Shown: piece after piece, positions 37,045 through 45,804 of the stretch
Numbering within the stretch: the first letter of the stretch is position 1
How the letters are laid out: each line of letters opens with the position of its first letter
NCBI GenBank assembly: GCA_043762325.1
Contig: JAYUMU010000175.1
Location: forward strand, 37,083-101,082
Reading direction: 5' to 3'
DNA from: Herminiimonas sp.
GTDB taxonomy: Bacteria; Pseudomonadota; Gammaproteobacteria; Burkholderiales; Burkholderiaceae_D
DNA: 64,000 bases
Notes under the pieces: generated by a model
What the model saw: only the letters and a program-made list of their open reading frames with translations
Told to the model about the DNA's origin: nothing
Databases searched by the model: none
Made by a program: the position numbers and the translations under genes

Positions 37045-38280
37045 ATGCTCTACCACTTTCATGAATTGAACCGTTCTTTTCTCAATCCGCTGATCCAGTG
37101 GGCAGAAGCCTCGTCGAAACTCTTCACCAATCCGATTTCGCCGCTGGCCCATACGCCGTTCGCCCAGCGCATCGCTGCCGGCTATGAACTCATCTATCGG
37201 CTCGGCAAGGATTACGACAAGCCTGCATTCGACATCAAGACCGTGCCGGTTGCGGGCGAAACCGTCGGCATCATCGAAGAAGCCCGGGTGCGCAAGCCGT
37301 TCTGCACGCTGATCCATTTCAAGAAGGACATGAGCGCCAAGGCGTTCGCTGCCCTGAAGCAGCCGACCGTGCTGCTGGTCGCGCCCCTGTCGGGCCATCA
37401 TTCGACGCTGCTGCGCGACACGGTACGCAGTCTGCTCGCCGAACATGACGTCTTCATTACCGACTGGACCGATGCGCGCATGGTGCCGCTGGCCGAGGGC
37501 GAATTCCATCTGCACGACTACATCCATTACGTGCAGGAGTTCATCCATACGCTTGGCCCGAATCTGCACGTCATTTCGGTATGCCAGCCGACGGTACCGG
37601 TGCTGGCGGCAATCTCGCTCATGGCAACCGCGCAGGACCCGTTGATGCCGAAGACGATGACGATGATGGGCGGACCGATCGATCCGCGCAAGTCGCCGAC
37701 GGCAGTCAACAACCTGGCAACCGAAAAGCCGTTTTCCTGGTTCGAGAACAAGGTGATCTACACGGTTCCGGCGAACTATCCGGGTGCCGGTCGCCGTGTC
37801 TATCCGGGCTTTCTGCAACATGCAGGATTCGTCGCCATGAATCCGCAGCATCATGCGCAGAGCCACTGGGACTTCTACATGCACCTGCGCGCCGGCGACA
37901 ACGCCTCGGCCGAGGAGCATCGCAAGTTCTACAACGAATACAATGCGGTGCTCGACATGCCGGCCGATTATTACCTTGAGACCATCAAGACGGTGTTCCA
38001 GGAATTCCGCCTGCCGGCAGGCACCTGGGAAGTCGACGGCCAGCTGGTATGCCCGGCCGACATCAAGGATGTCGCGCTGCTTACCATCGAAGGCGAGCTC
38101 GACGACATCTCCGGCTCCGGCCAGACCCAGGCCGCCCATGAACTCTGCTCGGGAATCCCCAAGAAAATGAAGCAGCATTTCGAAGCGCCGCAGTGCGGCC
38201 ACTATGGCATCTTCGCCGGTCGCCGCTGGCGCGAAACGATCTGTCCGAAGATCGCCGAGTTCATCAAGGCGCACGACTGA
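37045..38280 (+). CDS. phaZ: Intracellular poly(3-hydroxybutyrate) depolymerase
   Basis: Start at ATG 37045, preceded by AAGAGG, within ORF 36982..38280. MLYHFHELNRSFLNPL..., VAPLSGHHSTLLRDTV, DWTDARMVPL..G.F.L.DYI, VCQP.VPVLAA and MMGGPID are blocks I recognise from PhaZ1-type depolymerases. Confidence 0.9.
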   Translation: MLYHFHELNRSFLNPLIQWAEASSKLFTNPISPLAHTPFAQRIAAGYELIYRLGKDYDKPAFDIKTVPVAGETVGIIEEARVRKPFCTLIHFKKDMSAKAFAALKQPTVLLVAPLSGHHSTLLRDTVRSLLAEHDVFITDWTDARMVPLAEGEFHLHDYIHYVQEFIHTLGPNLHVISVCQPTVPVLAAISLMATAQDPLMPKTMTMMGGPIDPRKSPTAVNNLATEKPFSWFENKVIYTVPANYPGAGRRVYPGFLQHAGFVAMNPQHHAQSHWDFYMHLRAGDNASAEEHRKFYNEYNAVLDMPADYYLETIKTVFQEFRLPAGTWEVDGQLVCPADIKDVALLTIEGELDDISGSGQTQAAHELCSGIPKKMKQHFEAPQCGHYGIFAGRRWRETICPKIAEFIKAHD

Positions 38281-38455
38281 TGGCCGGCTGCCGCCGGGGA
38301 CTTTCCGGCGGCGTCGATCACCCGGCGGGCAAGCGCCTTGCCCTGCCCGTCCTGCAAGCCGCCCGCTGCCAAGCGCGCGGCTTTTTCATTTGCGGATTCG
38401 TTTGAAGCATGCTCCGAATAGCACGATAATCCTGTTTTAACCGAAAAAGCCCATC

Positions 38456-39232
38456 GTGCCACCAGTCGCTCCGAAGCCGCCACTGCATCTGGCCAACGCC
38501 CCCGTCCAGGCCGGCGTTGCCGACGCCGCGCATGCCGACCTGGCCGACCGGATCGAAGATGTCCTGCCGCAGACGCAGTGCACCAAGTGCGGCTACGCCG
38601 GTTGCCGCCCGTACGCCGAGGCGATCGCCAGCGGCGCGGCACACTACAACCAGTGCCCGCCGGGCGGCCAGCAAGGCATCGCCCGGATTGCCGGCGTACT
38701 CGGCTGGCCGGTCATCTTTCTCAACGTCGAACACGGCCCGGAACGCGAGCGCCCGGTTGCCGTCATCGATGAAAGCCGCTGCATCGGCTGCACGCTGTGC
38801 ATCCAGGCCTGTCCGGTCGACGCCATCCTGGGCGCGGCAAAGCAGATGCATGCGATCCTGCCGGACCTGTGCACCGGCTGCGACCTGTGCGTGCCGGCCT
38901 GCCCGGTCGACTGCATCGACATGCTGCCGGTGACGAAGGGACGTACCGGCTGGGACGCATGGTCGCAGCAGGCGGCCGATGCCGCGCGCGACCGGCACGA
39001 CTTCCGCACCGCCCGGCTGTTGCGCGAGCGCCTGGAAAACGATGCGCGCCTGGCTGCCAAGGCTGCGGCAAAACTGGCTGCCGTCAATGCCGAGACACCA
39101 GCGTCGGACGCCGAGCAGCAGGAGCGCGAGCGCAAGAAGGCGATCATCGCCGCAGCCATCGAGCGCGCACGGCTGCAAAAGCTCGCCGCCCAGGAAACCC
39201 GCCCCGCACCTGCACCGAAAGACCCCGCATGA
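38456..39232 (+). CDS. RnfB/RsxB-like [4Fe-4S] ferredoxin
   Basis: ORF 38456..39232 with a GTG start. [19 protein letters not shown] is the RnfB N-terminal cluster motif. Two CxxCxxCxxxCP motifs follow ([32 protein letters not shown]), then a Lys/Ala/Glu-rich tail. The stop overlaps the nth start (ATGA). Confidence 0.8.
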   Translation: MPPVAPKPPLHLANAPVQAGVADAAHADLADRIEDVLPQTQCTKCGYAGCRPYAEAIASGAAHYNQCPPGGQQGIARIAGVLGWPVIFLNVEHGPERERPVAVIDESRCIGCTLCIQACPVDAILGAAKQMHAILPDLCTGCDLCVPACPVDCIDMLPVTKGRTGWDAWSQQAADAARDRHDFRTARLLRERLENDARLAAKAAAKLAAVNAETPASDAEQQERERKKAIIAAAIERARLQKLAAQETRPAPAPKDPA

Positions 39233-39879
39233 ACGCAGAGAAGCGCCGCGAGATCTTCAACCGCCTGCGCGCCGCCAATCCGCATCCCACCACCGAACTC
39301 GAATACACGACGCCGTTCGAACTGCTCATTGCGGTGATCATGTCGGCGCAGGCCACCGATGTCTCCGTCAACAAGGCGACCCGCCGCCTGTATGCGCTGG
39401 CAAACACGCCGGCGGCGATCCATGCGCTCGGTGTCGAGGGCCTGATACCGTACGTGCAAAGCATCGGCCTGTACCGCAACAAGGCAAAGAACGTCATCGA
39501 GACCTGCCGCATCCTGCTCACCGAGCACGACGCCCGCGTGCCGCGCAGCCGGGAAGCGTTGCAGGCGCTGCCGGGCGTGGGCCGCAAGACCGCCAACGTG
39601 GTGCTCAACACGGCCTTCGGCGAAGCGACGATTGCCGTCGACACCCATATATTCCGGGTGTCGAACCGCACCGGCTTAGCTCCCGGCAAGGATGTCGATG
39701 CCGTCGAAGCGAAGCTGATGCGGGCAACACCTGCGGAATTCCGGCATGATGCGCACCACTGGCTGATTCTGCATGGCCGCTACACCTGCATTGCACGCAC
39801 GCCGCAATGCTGGAACTGCATGATCGCCGACCTGTGCGACTATCCCGACAAGACGCCCTTGCCGACCAAAGGAATATGA
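39229..39879 (+). CDS. nth: Endonuclease III
   Basis: Start at ATG 39229. [42 protein letters not shown], and a C-terminal Fe-S loop C-x6-C-x2-C-x5-C ([17 protein letters not shown]). Confidence 0.95.
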   Translation: MNAEKRREIFNRLRAANPHPTTELEYTTPFELLIAVIMSAQATDVSVNKATRRLYALANTPAAIHALGVEGLIPYVQSIGLYRNKAKNVIETCRILLTEHDARVPRSREALQALPGVGRKTANVVLNTAFGEATIAVDTHIFRVSNRTGLAPGKDVDAVEAKLMRATPAEFRHDAHHWLILHGRYTCIARTPQCWNCMIADLCDYPDKTPLPTKGI

Positions 39880-39880
39880 C

Positions 39881-40618
39881 ATGAGCGCAGCGCCCCATCC
39901 GACACATGCACCACACGCGCCGCATCAGCACGGCAAGCACACCGAGCATCATTTCTCGGCCAGTGACCGGGTCCGTGACATCGTCATCGGCATGGCCGAT
40001 GGCCTGACGGTGCCGTTTGCGCTTGCCGCCGGCATCACCGGCGCCTCGGTCGCCATCGACATCATCGTCACCGCCGGCATCGCCGAAATCGCCGCCGGTT
40101 CGATTGCGATGGGGCTCGGCGGTTACCTGGCCGGACGCACCGAACATCAGCACTATCATGCCGAAGCCGCGCGCGAGGAAATGGAGATCCTCAACGTGCC
40201 GCACCGCGAGCGGCGCGAAGTCATCGAGATCATGGCCCAGTACGGCGTGCGGGAAGAAGAATGCGCGCCGATGCTGGCCGGCCTGGAACGCAATCCGAAG
40301 GCCTGGCGCGACTTCATGATGCGCTTCGAACTGGGGCTGGAAGAGCCGAATCCATCGGCGGCGAAAAAAAGCGCCGCCACGATCGCGCTGTCCTACCTGA
40401 TCGGCGGCCTGATTCCGCTGTCGCCGTACATGTTCCTGAAGACGGCCAACACCGCGCTTGGCGTCTCGGCGGGCGTGACATTGACCGCGCTGTTCATCTT
40501 CGGTTACTTCAAGGGACACTTCACCGGCACCGGCGCCGTCAATTCCGCTTTCCAGACACTGGCAATCGGCGGTCTGGCAGCCGGCGCCGCATTCCTGCTG
40601 GCGCGCCTGATCAGCTAG
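39881..40618 (+). CDS. VIT1/CCC1-family iron/manganese transporter
   Basis: ORF 39881..40618. A His-rich N-terminus is followed by RD.V.G..DGL.VPFAL and C-terminal helices (SYLIGGLIPLSPYMF). Confidence 0.85.
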   Translation: MSAAPHPTHAPHAPHQHGKHTEHHFSASDRVRDIVIGMADGLTVPFALAAGITGASVAIDIIVTAGIAEIAAGSIAMGLGGYLAGRTEHQHYHAEAAREEMEILNVPHRERREVIEIMAQYGVREEECAPMLAGLERNPKAWRDFMMRFELGLEEPNPSAAKKSAATIALSYLIGGLIPLSPYMFLKTANTALGVSAGVTLTALFIFGYFKGHFTGTGAVNSAFQTLAIGGLAAGAAFLLARLIS

Positions 40619-40630
40619 AAAAGGTCTTTC

Positions 40631-41059
40631 ATGTTCACGCCTTCCCAGCATGACGTGCGGCGCTTTTTCTGCGAGACCTTCCGCAAGCAGGAAGCGCGCG
40701 AAATTCTCACGCCGCTCGAAGCCATCGCCCGCGACTGGGTGCTGCAGCATCCGGAATATGCACGGGCGCTGGGCGACGTCGATGCCGCGCTGGCGACCGA
40801 CTACAGCGTCGAGCAAGGTGCGGCAAATCCCTTCCTGCACCTGTCGATGCACCTGTCGATTGCGGAACAGGTATCGATCGACCAGCCGCCCGGCATCCGT
40901 GCCGCGCACCAGGCGCTGGCGCACCGGCTTGGCTCGGAACATGATGCCCATCACCAGATCATGGAATGCCTGGGCGAAATGATCTGGCAATCGCAGCGCA
41001 GCGGCCTGCCACCGGACGGTGCGGCGTACATCGACTGCGTGTTGCGACGGCAGAAATAA
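40631..41059 (+). CDS. DUF1841-family protein
   Basis: ORF 40631..41059. MFTPSQHDVRRFFCETFRK......L.PLE.....W...HPEY......D.......Y..E.G..NPFLHLS.HL...EQ and the later HQI.ECL.E..W match my memory of DUF1841. Confidence 0.7.
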   Translation: MFTPSQHDVRRFFCETFRKQEAREILTPLEAIARDWVLQHPEYARALGDVDAALATDYSVEQGAANPFLHLSMHLSIAEQVSIDQPPGIRAAHQALAHRLGSEHDAHHQIMECLGEMIWQSQRSGLPPDGAAYIDCVLRRQK

Positions 41060-41060
41060 A

Positions 41061-41091
41061 AACGCCGCTCAGCCAATTGCTGAACGGCGTT
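41061..41091. terminator. Bidirectional terminator (stronger for the minus-strand cytochrome c genes)
   Basis: AACGCCGcTCAGC (41061-41073), loop caatt, then GCTGAaCGGCGTT (41079-41091). Read on the minus strand the stem is followed by TTTTTATTT. On the plus strand only TTT follows. Confidence 0.6.
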
Positions 41092-41129
41092 TCCGGTGTG
41101 CTGCCGGGCCGCGCGAGACGACCCCGAAT

Positions 41130-41480
41130 TTACTTTTGCACGACCAGGCTGCCCGGCAGACCGTGCAGATAGGCGGCGATGTTGCGCACGTCGTCATGCG
41201 ACAGGTTCTTTGCCTGGGCGCCCATGATCGCATTGCCGCGACCGTTTGCACCCTCGGCGCCGCGCTGGTAAGCCGTCAATGCATGTTCCAGGTAGTCCTG
41301 GTGCTGCCCGGCCAGCTTCGGATAGCTCGGGTCGATCGGGCTCTTGTAGTCGGCGCCATGGCAGGCGGCGCAATTGTACTTCTGCGCAGCGGCTTTGCCG
41401 GCCTCGGCATTGCCGCCGGCAGATGCCTGCGAAGCCATGAGCGCGAATGCCAGGCCGGATGCGAATAGGATTGCCTTCAT
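41130..41480 (-). CDS. Monohaem class I cytochrome c
   Basis: Start at ATG 41478-41480 within ORF 41130..41555. Signal peptide MKAILFASGLAFALMASQASA, haem site CAACHG, distal Met region (GNAIMGAQA). Confidence 0.85.
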   Translation of the reverse strand: MKAILFASGLAFALMASQASAGGNAEAGKAAAQKYNCAACHGADYKSPIDPSYPKLAGQHQDYLEHALTAYQRGAEGANGRGNAIMGAQAKNLSHDDVRNIAAYLHGLPGSLVVQK

Positions 41481-41490
41481 TGGGAGCCTT

Positions 41491-41814
41491 TTATTTCTGC
41501 TGCGAGTAGTAGGCCGCCAGATTGGCCATGTCCTGGTCCGACAGGCTGCCGGCAATGCCGCGCATCGACGGATGCTTGCGCTCGCCTTTCTGATAGGCCT
41601 TCAGCGCGTTTTCGATGTACTTGGCGGACTGGCCGCCGAGCATCGGTACCTGGTAGACCTCGGGAAAGCTGGCCTTGTAGCCGGGGATGCCATGGCAGCC
41701 GATGCACATGGCGACCTGCGCTGCCTTCGGATTGCCGACCAGGTCGGCGGCAACGGCTGCGCTGCTGCCGGCTGCAAGGCTCGACAGGGCTAGCAGTGTA
41801 ATAAGTTTTTTCAT
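41491..41814 (-). CDS. Monohaem class I cytochrome c
   Basis: Start at ATG 41812-41814 within ORF 41491..41907. Signal peptide MKKLITLLALSSLAAGSSAAVA, haem site CIGCHG, distal Met (HPSMRG). It is a paralogue of the downstream gene; together they resemble a split cytochrome c4. Confidence 0.85.
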   Translation of the reverse strand: MKKLITLLALSSLAAGSSAAVAADLVGNPKAAQVAMCIGCHGIPGYKASFPEVYQVPMLGGQSAKYIENALKAYQKGERKHPSMRGIAGSLSDQDMANLAAYYSQQK

Positions 41815-41989
41815 GGTGGCTAACAAGAAATAAGGGCGAAAGCGGGAGCGCATCTGCAGGTGTCGTCCTGTCTGCCACGAGCGTCGGATCGGCGTGCGGG
41901 CATGCACTCAAAACCGGGCAATATTACAGCAAGAAACCGCGTCAGTCCATGCAGAAACAACATTGACCTGCCGCGTGCCGCCGCCGGTC

Positions 41990-44176
41990 TCAGCGGGCAT
42001 CGGACTGCGGCGTGCCGTCCTCTTTCGGCCCGGACGGTTCGGCTGCAGGCGCTGCCGCGGCAGTGCTTTCGGACACCCGTGCGCCGGCCTGCCGCGACGG
42101 CGCAACCGGCGTGGCGGTCGCTGCTTTACGCTCCGGAAACAGGAACGCATGGGGCGAGGCGGTAAAGCGCCGCAGCATGGTACGAAACACCAGCCGCCGC
42201 ACCCGTGCCGGCACATCGCGCGCGCGCAACGCCAGCAGGAGCGAACAACCGAAGGCGACACCGACATTCAACAGGCCGATGATGAAGATGCCGATTGCCG
42301 CCAGCCACAGTTCCGGCGTGGCGAAACTCTGCCAGCCGAGCGTGACAACGGCCGACGTTGCCGTGGCCGTCGACAGCGTCACGTGCCGCACGTCGATCGG
42401 CAGGCCGAAGAATTGCGCCACCACCGGCGTCATGCCCAGGAAGACGCCCAGCGCGACATTGCCCACGACGCTGGCCAGGTTGTTCTCGATCCAGGCAGCG
42501 CAGCGGGCCGCCCGCGCCGCACCCATCGCATGCACCAGGCGCCGGTGATGCGTGAGGGCCTCGCGCAGGCGCCGCAGCGCAAACCAGTTGTCGGCAAACC
42601 CCGCCGCCAGGCTCGCCAGCCACAACAGCACGCCGGTGAAGGCGGCAAAAAGCGGCGTGACGCCGAGCACCGACAGCGACTCCAGGCTGGCGTGCGCCTT
42701 GGCTGCGGTCACCAGCGGCGCACCGGTTGCAAACAGCACCGCCACAGCAATGATTGCCATGGTCGGTATCACGGCAAACAGGTTGCCGAACACGGCTGCG
42801 GCCTGCGAGCGCAGCAGCCAGGCGATCTCCAGCATCAGGGCGCGCAGGCCTTCGACGGTGTCCAGTGCGCCCATCTTCGAGGCCAGCGCCGGCGCGGTCA
42901 CCGCGGGCTGCTTGGTGGCCAGCACGCCGCCGAAGGCGTTCATGGTGATGAAGCTGACCGAGTAGTTCAGGGAAGCGAAGACGCCCTCGAAGAAACGGGC
43001 AAGGCCGGCGCCGGCGATCACGCCCTTCATCAGCGCGGTAAAGGCGGTGAAGAAGCCACCGATGCAGGCGGCCAGGAACATGGCCCGCCACTCGCTGCGG
43101 TCGCGGGCGATGTAATGCTCGCCGTGATCGCCATTGCGCTCGACCATCTTGCGCGCCAGGAGCGCGAAGCTGCGCTGCATCAGGCCGCGCACCGAGCGCC
43201 GTTCATGATGGGCCGTGATCAGGTCGACCAGCAGCGCCTGCGCCTGCGCCGCATTCTGGGCCGTATTTTGCGCCGCGCGCAGGTCGATCAGGCGCGACAT
43301 GCGCGCCAGTTGCGCGCGCATGCGCTCCAGGTGATACACCAGCCCGACCGAGACGCCGTGCTCATCCAGGTGCGCATAGATCCGGTCGGTCTGCGCCTGG
43401 CACACGGCAATCAGCATGCGCACGCTGCGCAGCGCGCCGGCATCGCCGCCGCCGACCAGGTACTGTTCGAGTTCGCGCCGCAGCGACATGAACGGCATCG
43501 CCTGCAACGGCATGCGCGGCTCCAGGCGCTGACGGAATGCCGGACTGATGCCGGCGGCGACGATCATCGACACCAGGTAGACCAGCGCCTCGTCGATCTG
43601 CTGCAGGTAACCGAAGGCGATGGCCTCGTCGGCGCACAGGCGCCACAGGCGCGCCAGCGTGCGCTGGTCGAGCCCGAGCAGCCAGTCGGCATCGGCCGCA
43701 TCGGGGAACATGGACGTAAACAGCGTCGACAGATCGTGCAGCGCCGGCGGCCGCGGAAACGCCAGGCGCACCACCCGTTCCAGCAATTCGCTGAAAAAAG
43801 CCGGCTCGCGCGGCAGGCCGGTGCCGGCAAACAGTTCCGGCCCGACCGACTCGCGCAGGGTCTTGTGCAGCGTCGCCTGCACCACCCGGCGCACCTCGCG
43901 GTTCGCGTCGAGCCATTCGAGCAGGAAGCGGCTGCGCTGATGGCGCACCCGGCGCCAGGCGCCGTCGTCGAGCAGCGAGACGCGCGGCTCGTGGCGGATC
44001 CATTCGGCCACGTCGATCATCCAGTTGGCCCGCTCATGCCAGGACGCGAACGGATTGGCGCGGTGCATGAGCTGGTCGACCTGGGAAGCGTATTGCAGGT
44101 GGCGGTGACCGGCGCTGCCGGCGCCACGCCGGAAGCGCCGCCAGATGGCCCAGAATCTGAGATAAGTGGTTTTCAT
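41990..44176 (-). CDS. Polytopic membrane protein of the family usually annotated as site-specific recombinase (Gcr / PF10136-like)
   Basis: ORF 41990..44176, 728 aa. The N-terminal half is soluble and Arg/Leu-rich (ANWMIDVAEWIRHEP...RSRFLLEWLDANREVRRVV...). The C-terminal half has at least 6 hydrophobic helices (FLAACIGGFFTAFTALMKGVIAGAGL; AAVFGNLFAVIPTMAIIAVAVLF; LFAAFTGVLLWLASLAAGF; LWLAAIGIFIIGLLNVGVAFGCSLLLAL). The family call is from memory. Confidence 0.65.
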   Translation of the reverse strand: MKTTYLRFWAIWRRFRRGAGSAGHRHLQYASQVDQLMHRANPFASWHERANWMIDVAEWIRHEPRVSLLDDGAWRRVRHQRSRFLLEWLDANREVRRVVQATLHKTLRESVGPELFAGTGLPREPAFFSELLERVVRLAFPRPPALHDLSTLFTSMFPDAADADWLLGLDQRTLARLWRLCADEAIAFGYLQQIDEALVYLVSMIVAAGISPAFRQRLEPRMPLQAMPFMSLRRELEQYLVGGGDAGALRSVRMLIAVCQAQTDRIYAHLDEHGVSVGLVYHLERMRAQLARMSRLIDLRAAQNTAQNAAQAQALLVDLITAHHERRSVRGLMQRSFALLARKMVERNGDHGEHYIARDRSEWRAMFLAACIGGFFTAFTALMKGVIAGAGLARFFEGVFASLNYSVSFITMNAFGGVLATKQPAVTAPALASKMGALDTVEGLRALMLEIAWLLRSQAAAVFGNLFAVIPTMAIIAVAVLFATGAPLVTAAKAHASLESLSVLGVTPLFAAFTGVLLWLASLAAGFADNWFALRRLREALTHHRRLVHAMGAARAARCAAWIENNLASVVGNVALGVFLGMTPVVAQFFGLPIDVRHVTLSTATATSAVVTLGWQSFATPELWLAAIGIFIIGLLNVGVAFGCSLLLALRARDVPARVRRLVFRTMLRRFTASPHAFLFPERKAATATPVAPSRQAGARVSESTAAAAPAAEPSGPKEDGTPQSDAR

Positions 44177-44312
44177 GTATGCGATGGAATTGTTTCGGCG
44201 ACGCTTCGCGCGGCGGCAATGCCTGTCATCGAACCGTCATTGATCAGGGCCGGCGCTCGAAATTCTCGGGAAACCGCCAAGCCGCTTCTCGCTTATACTC
44301 GATTTTATTTTC

Positions 44313-45182
44313 ATGGACATGACAGTCATGCATTCGACTACCCGCTTCGAAGGTTCCCAGAGTTACGTTGCAACGGATGACTTGAAACTCGCGGTCAATG
44401 CCGCCCTGACCCTGCAGCGGCCATTGCTGATCAAGGGTGAGCCGGGCACCGGCAAGACCATGCTGGCGGAAGAAGTGGCTGCTGCGCTGAACATGCCGCT
44501 GATGCAGTGGCATATAAAATCGACCACCAAGGCGCAGCAGGGTCTGTATGAATATGATGCAGTATCGCGGCTGCGGGATTCCCAACTCGGCGACGAGCGG
44601 GTAAAGGACATCCACAACTACATCGTCAAGGGCGTATTGTGGCAGGCTTTCACCGCCAACGAGCAGGTAGTGCTGCTGATCGACGAGATCGACAAGGCCG
44701 ACATCGAATTTCCGAACGACCTGCTGCGCGAACTCGACCGCATGGAATTCTATGTCTACGAGACGCGCGAGATGGTGGTTGCAAAACACCGGCCGCTGGT
44801 GATCATCACCTCCAACAACGAGAAGGAATTGCCGGACGCCTTCCTGCGCCGCTGCTTTTTCCACTACATTAAATTTCCCGACAAGGACACGATGCAGGCA
44901 ATCGTCGATGTCCATTATCCGACCCTGAAAAAGGATCTGCTGGCGCAGGCGCTGCAGACTTTTTACGAAGTGCGCGACGTGCCGGGCCTGAAGAAGAAGC
45001 CGTCGACCTCGGAGCTGCTCGACTGGCTCAAGCTGCTGCTGGCAGAAGACATTCCGCCCGAAGCGTTGCGCAGCAAGGACAGCAAGACGATCGTGCCACC
45101 CCTGCACGGCGCGCTACTGAAAAACGAACAGGACGTGCACCTGTTCGAGCGACTCGTGTTCATGTCGCGCACCAACCGTTAA
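44313..45182 (+). CDS. MoxR-family AAA+ ATPase (CoxD-like)
   Basis: ORF 44313..45182; in-frame alternative ATGs follow at codons 3 and 6. Walker A GEPGTGKTMLAEEVA, Walker B VLLIDEIDKAD, then PNDLLRELD, ITSNNEKELPDAFLRRC. Confidence 0.9.
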   Translation: MDMTVMHSTTRFEGSQSYVATDDLKLAVNAALTLQRPLLIKGEPGTGKTMLAEEVAAALNMPLMQWHIKSTTKAQQGLYEYDAVSRLRDSQLGDERVKDIHNYIVKGVLWQAFTANEQVVLLIDEIDKADIEFPNDLLRELDRMEFYVYETREMVVAKHRPLVIITSNNEKELPDAFLRRCFFHYIKFPDKDTMQAIVDVHYPTLKKDLLAQALQTFYEVRDVPGLKKKPSTSELLDWLKLLLAEDIPPEALRSKDSKTIVPPLHGALLKNEQDVHLFERLVFMSRTNR

Positions 45183-45206
45183 CCCTCCAGACGACCCCCG
45201 CGCCCG

Positions 45207-45797
45207 ATGGCATTGACCGAACCCCTGACCCTGCGCGGCGCACACGTGACGCTGGAGCCGCTGGCGCCCGACCATGCGGCCGGCCTGGCCCTGGCGGCGG
45301 CCGATGGCGAACTCTGGAACCTCTGGTACACCACCGTACCCCGGCCCGAGGCAATGGCTGCCGAGATCGCCCGGCGCCTGCGCCTGCAGGAGCAAGGCAG
45401 CATGTGTCCCTTCGCGGTGCGCCGCAACGACAGTGGCGCGCTGTGCGGCATGACGACCTTCATGAACATCGATGCAACGCACCGCCACGTGGAAATCGGT
45501 TCGACCTGGCATGCGGCCAGTGCACAGCGCACCGGCATCAACACCGAATCGAAGCTGCTGCTGCTGACACACGCCTTCGACACGCTGGCCTGCATCGCGG
45601 TCGAATTTCGCACCAATGCAATGAACCTGCAGTCGCGCGCCGCCATTGCCCCGCTCGGCGCCAAGCAGGACGGCATCCTGCGCAACCACCAGCGCACGGC
45701 CGACGGCGTCTTGCGCGACACGGTCGTGTTTTCCATCATCGAATCGGAATGGCCGACCGTGCGCCGGCATCTGCAATTCAAGCTCGCCCGCCCCTGA
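45207..45797 (+). CDS. GNAT-family N-acetyltransferase (RimJ/RimL-like)
   Basis: ORF 45207..45797. L.L.PL...H...L.........W.Y is followed by IG.TW......QRTGINTE.KLLLLTHAFDTL....VEF.T...N..SR.AI..LGA..DG.LR.H, the typical acetyl-CoA-binding core. Confidence 0.8.
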   Translation: MALTEPLTLRGAHVTLEPLAPDHAAGLALAAADGELWNLWYTTVPRPEAMAAEIARRLRLQEQGSMCPFAVRRNDSGALCGMTTFMNIDATHRHVEIGSTWHAASAQRTGINTESKLLLLTHAFDTLACIAVEFRTNAMNLQSRAAIAPLGAKQDGILRNHQRTADGVLRDTVVFSIIESEWPTVRRHLQFKLARP

Positions 45798-45804
45798 GAA
45801 CATC

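Noticed and set aside
41990-44176. The 'site-specific recombinase' family name taken as evidence for a mobile element or invertible segment.
   Set aside because: There are no integrase or transposase motifs, no flanking repeats, no tRNA target and no compositional break that I can see. The protein looks membrane-embedded.
41894-44380. 828-aa plus-strand ORF covering the whole Gcr-like gene.
   Set aside because: It is antisense to a gene with coherent membrane-protein features. The product is extremely Arg/Gln/His/Ala-rich with no motifs. This is a typical stop-free shadow frame in GC-rich DNA.
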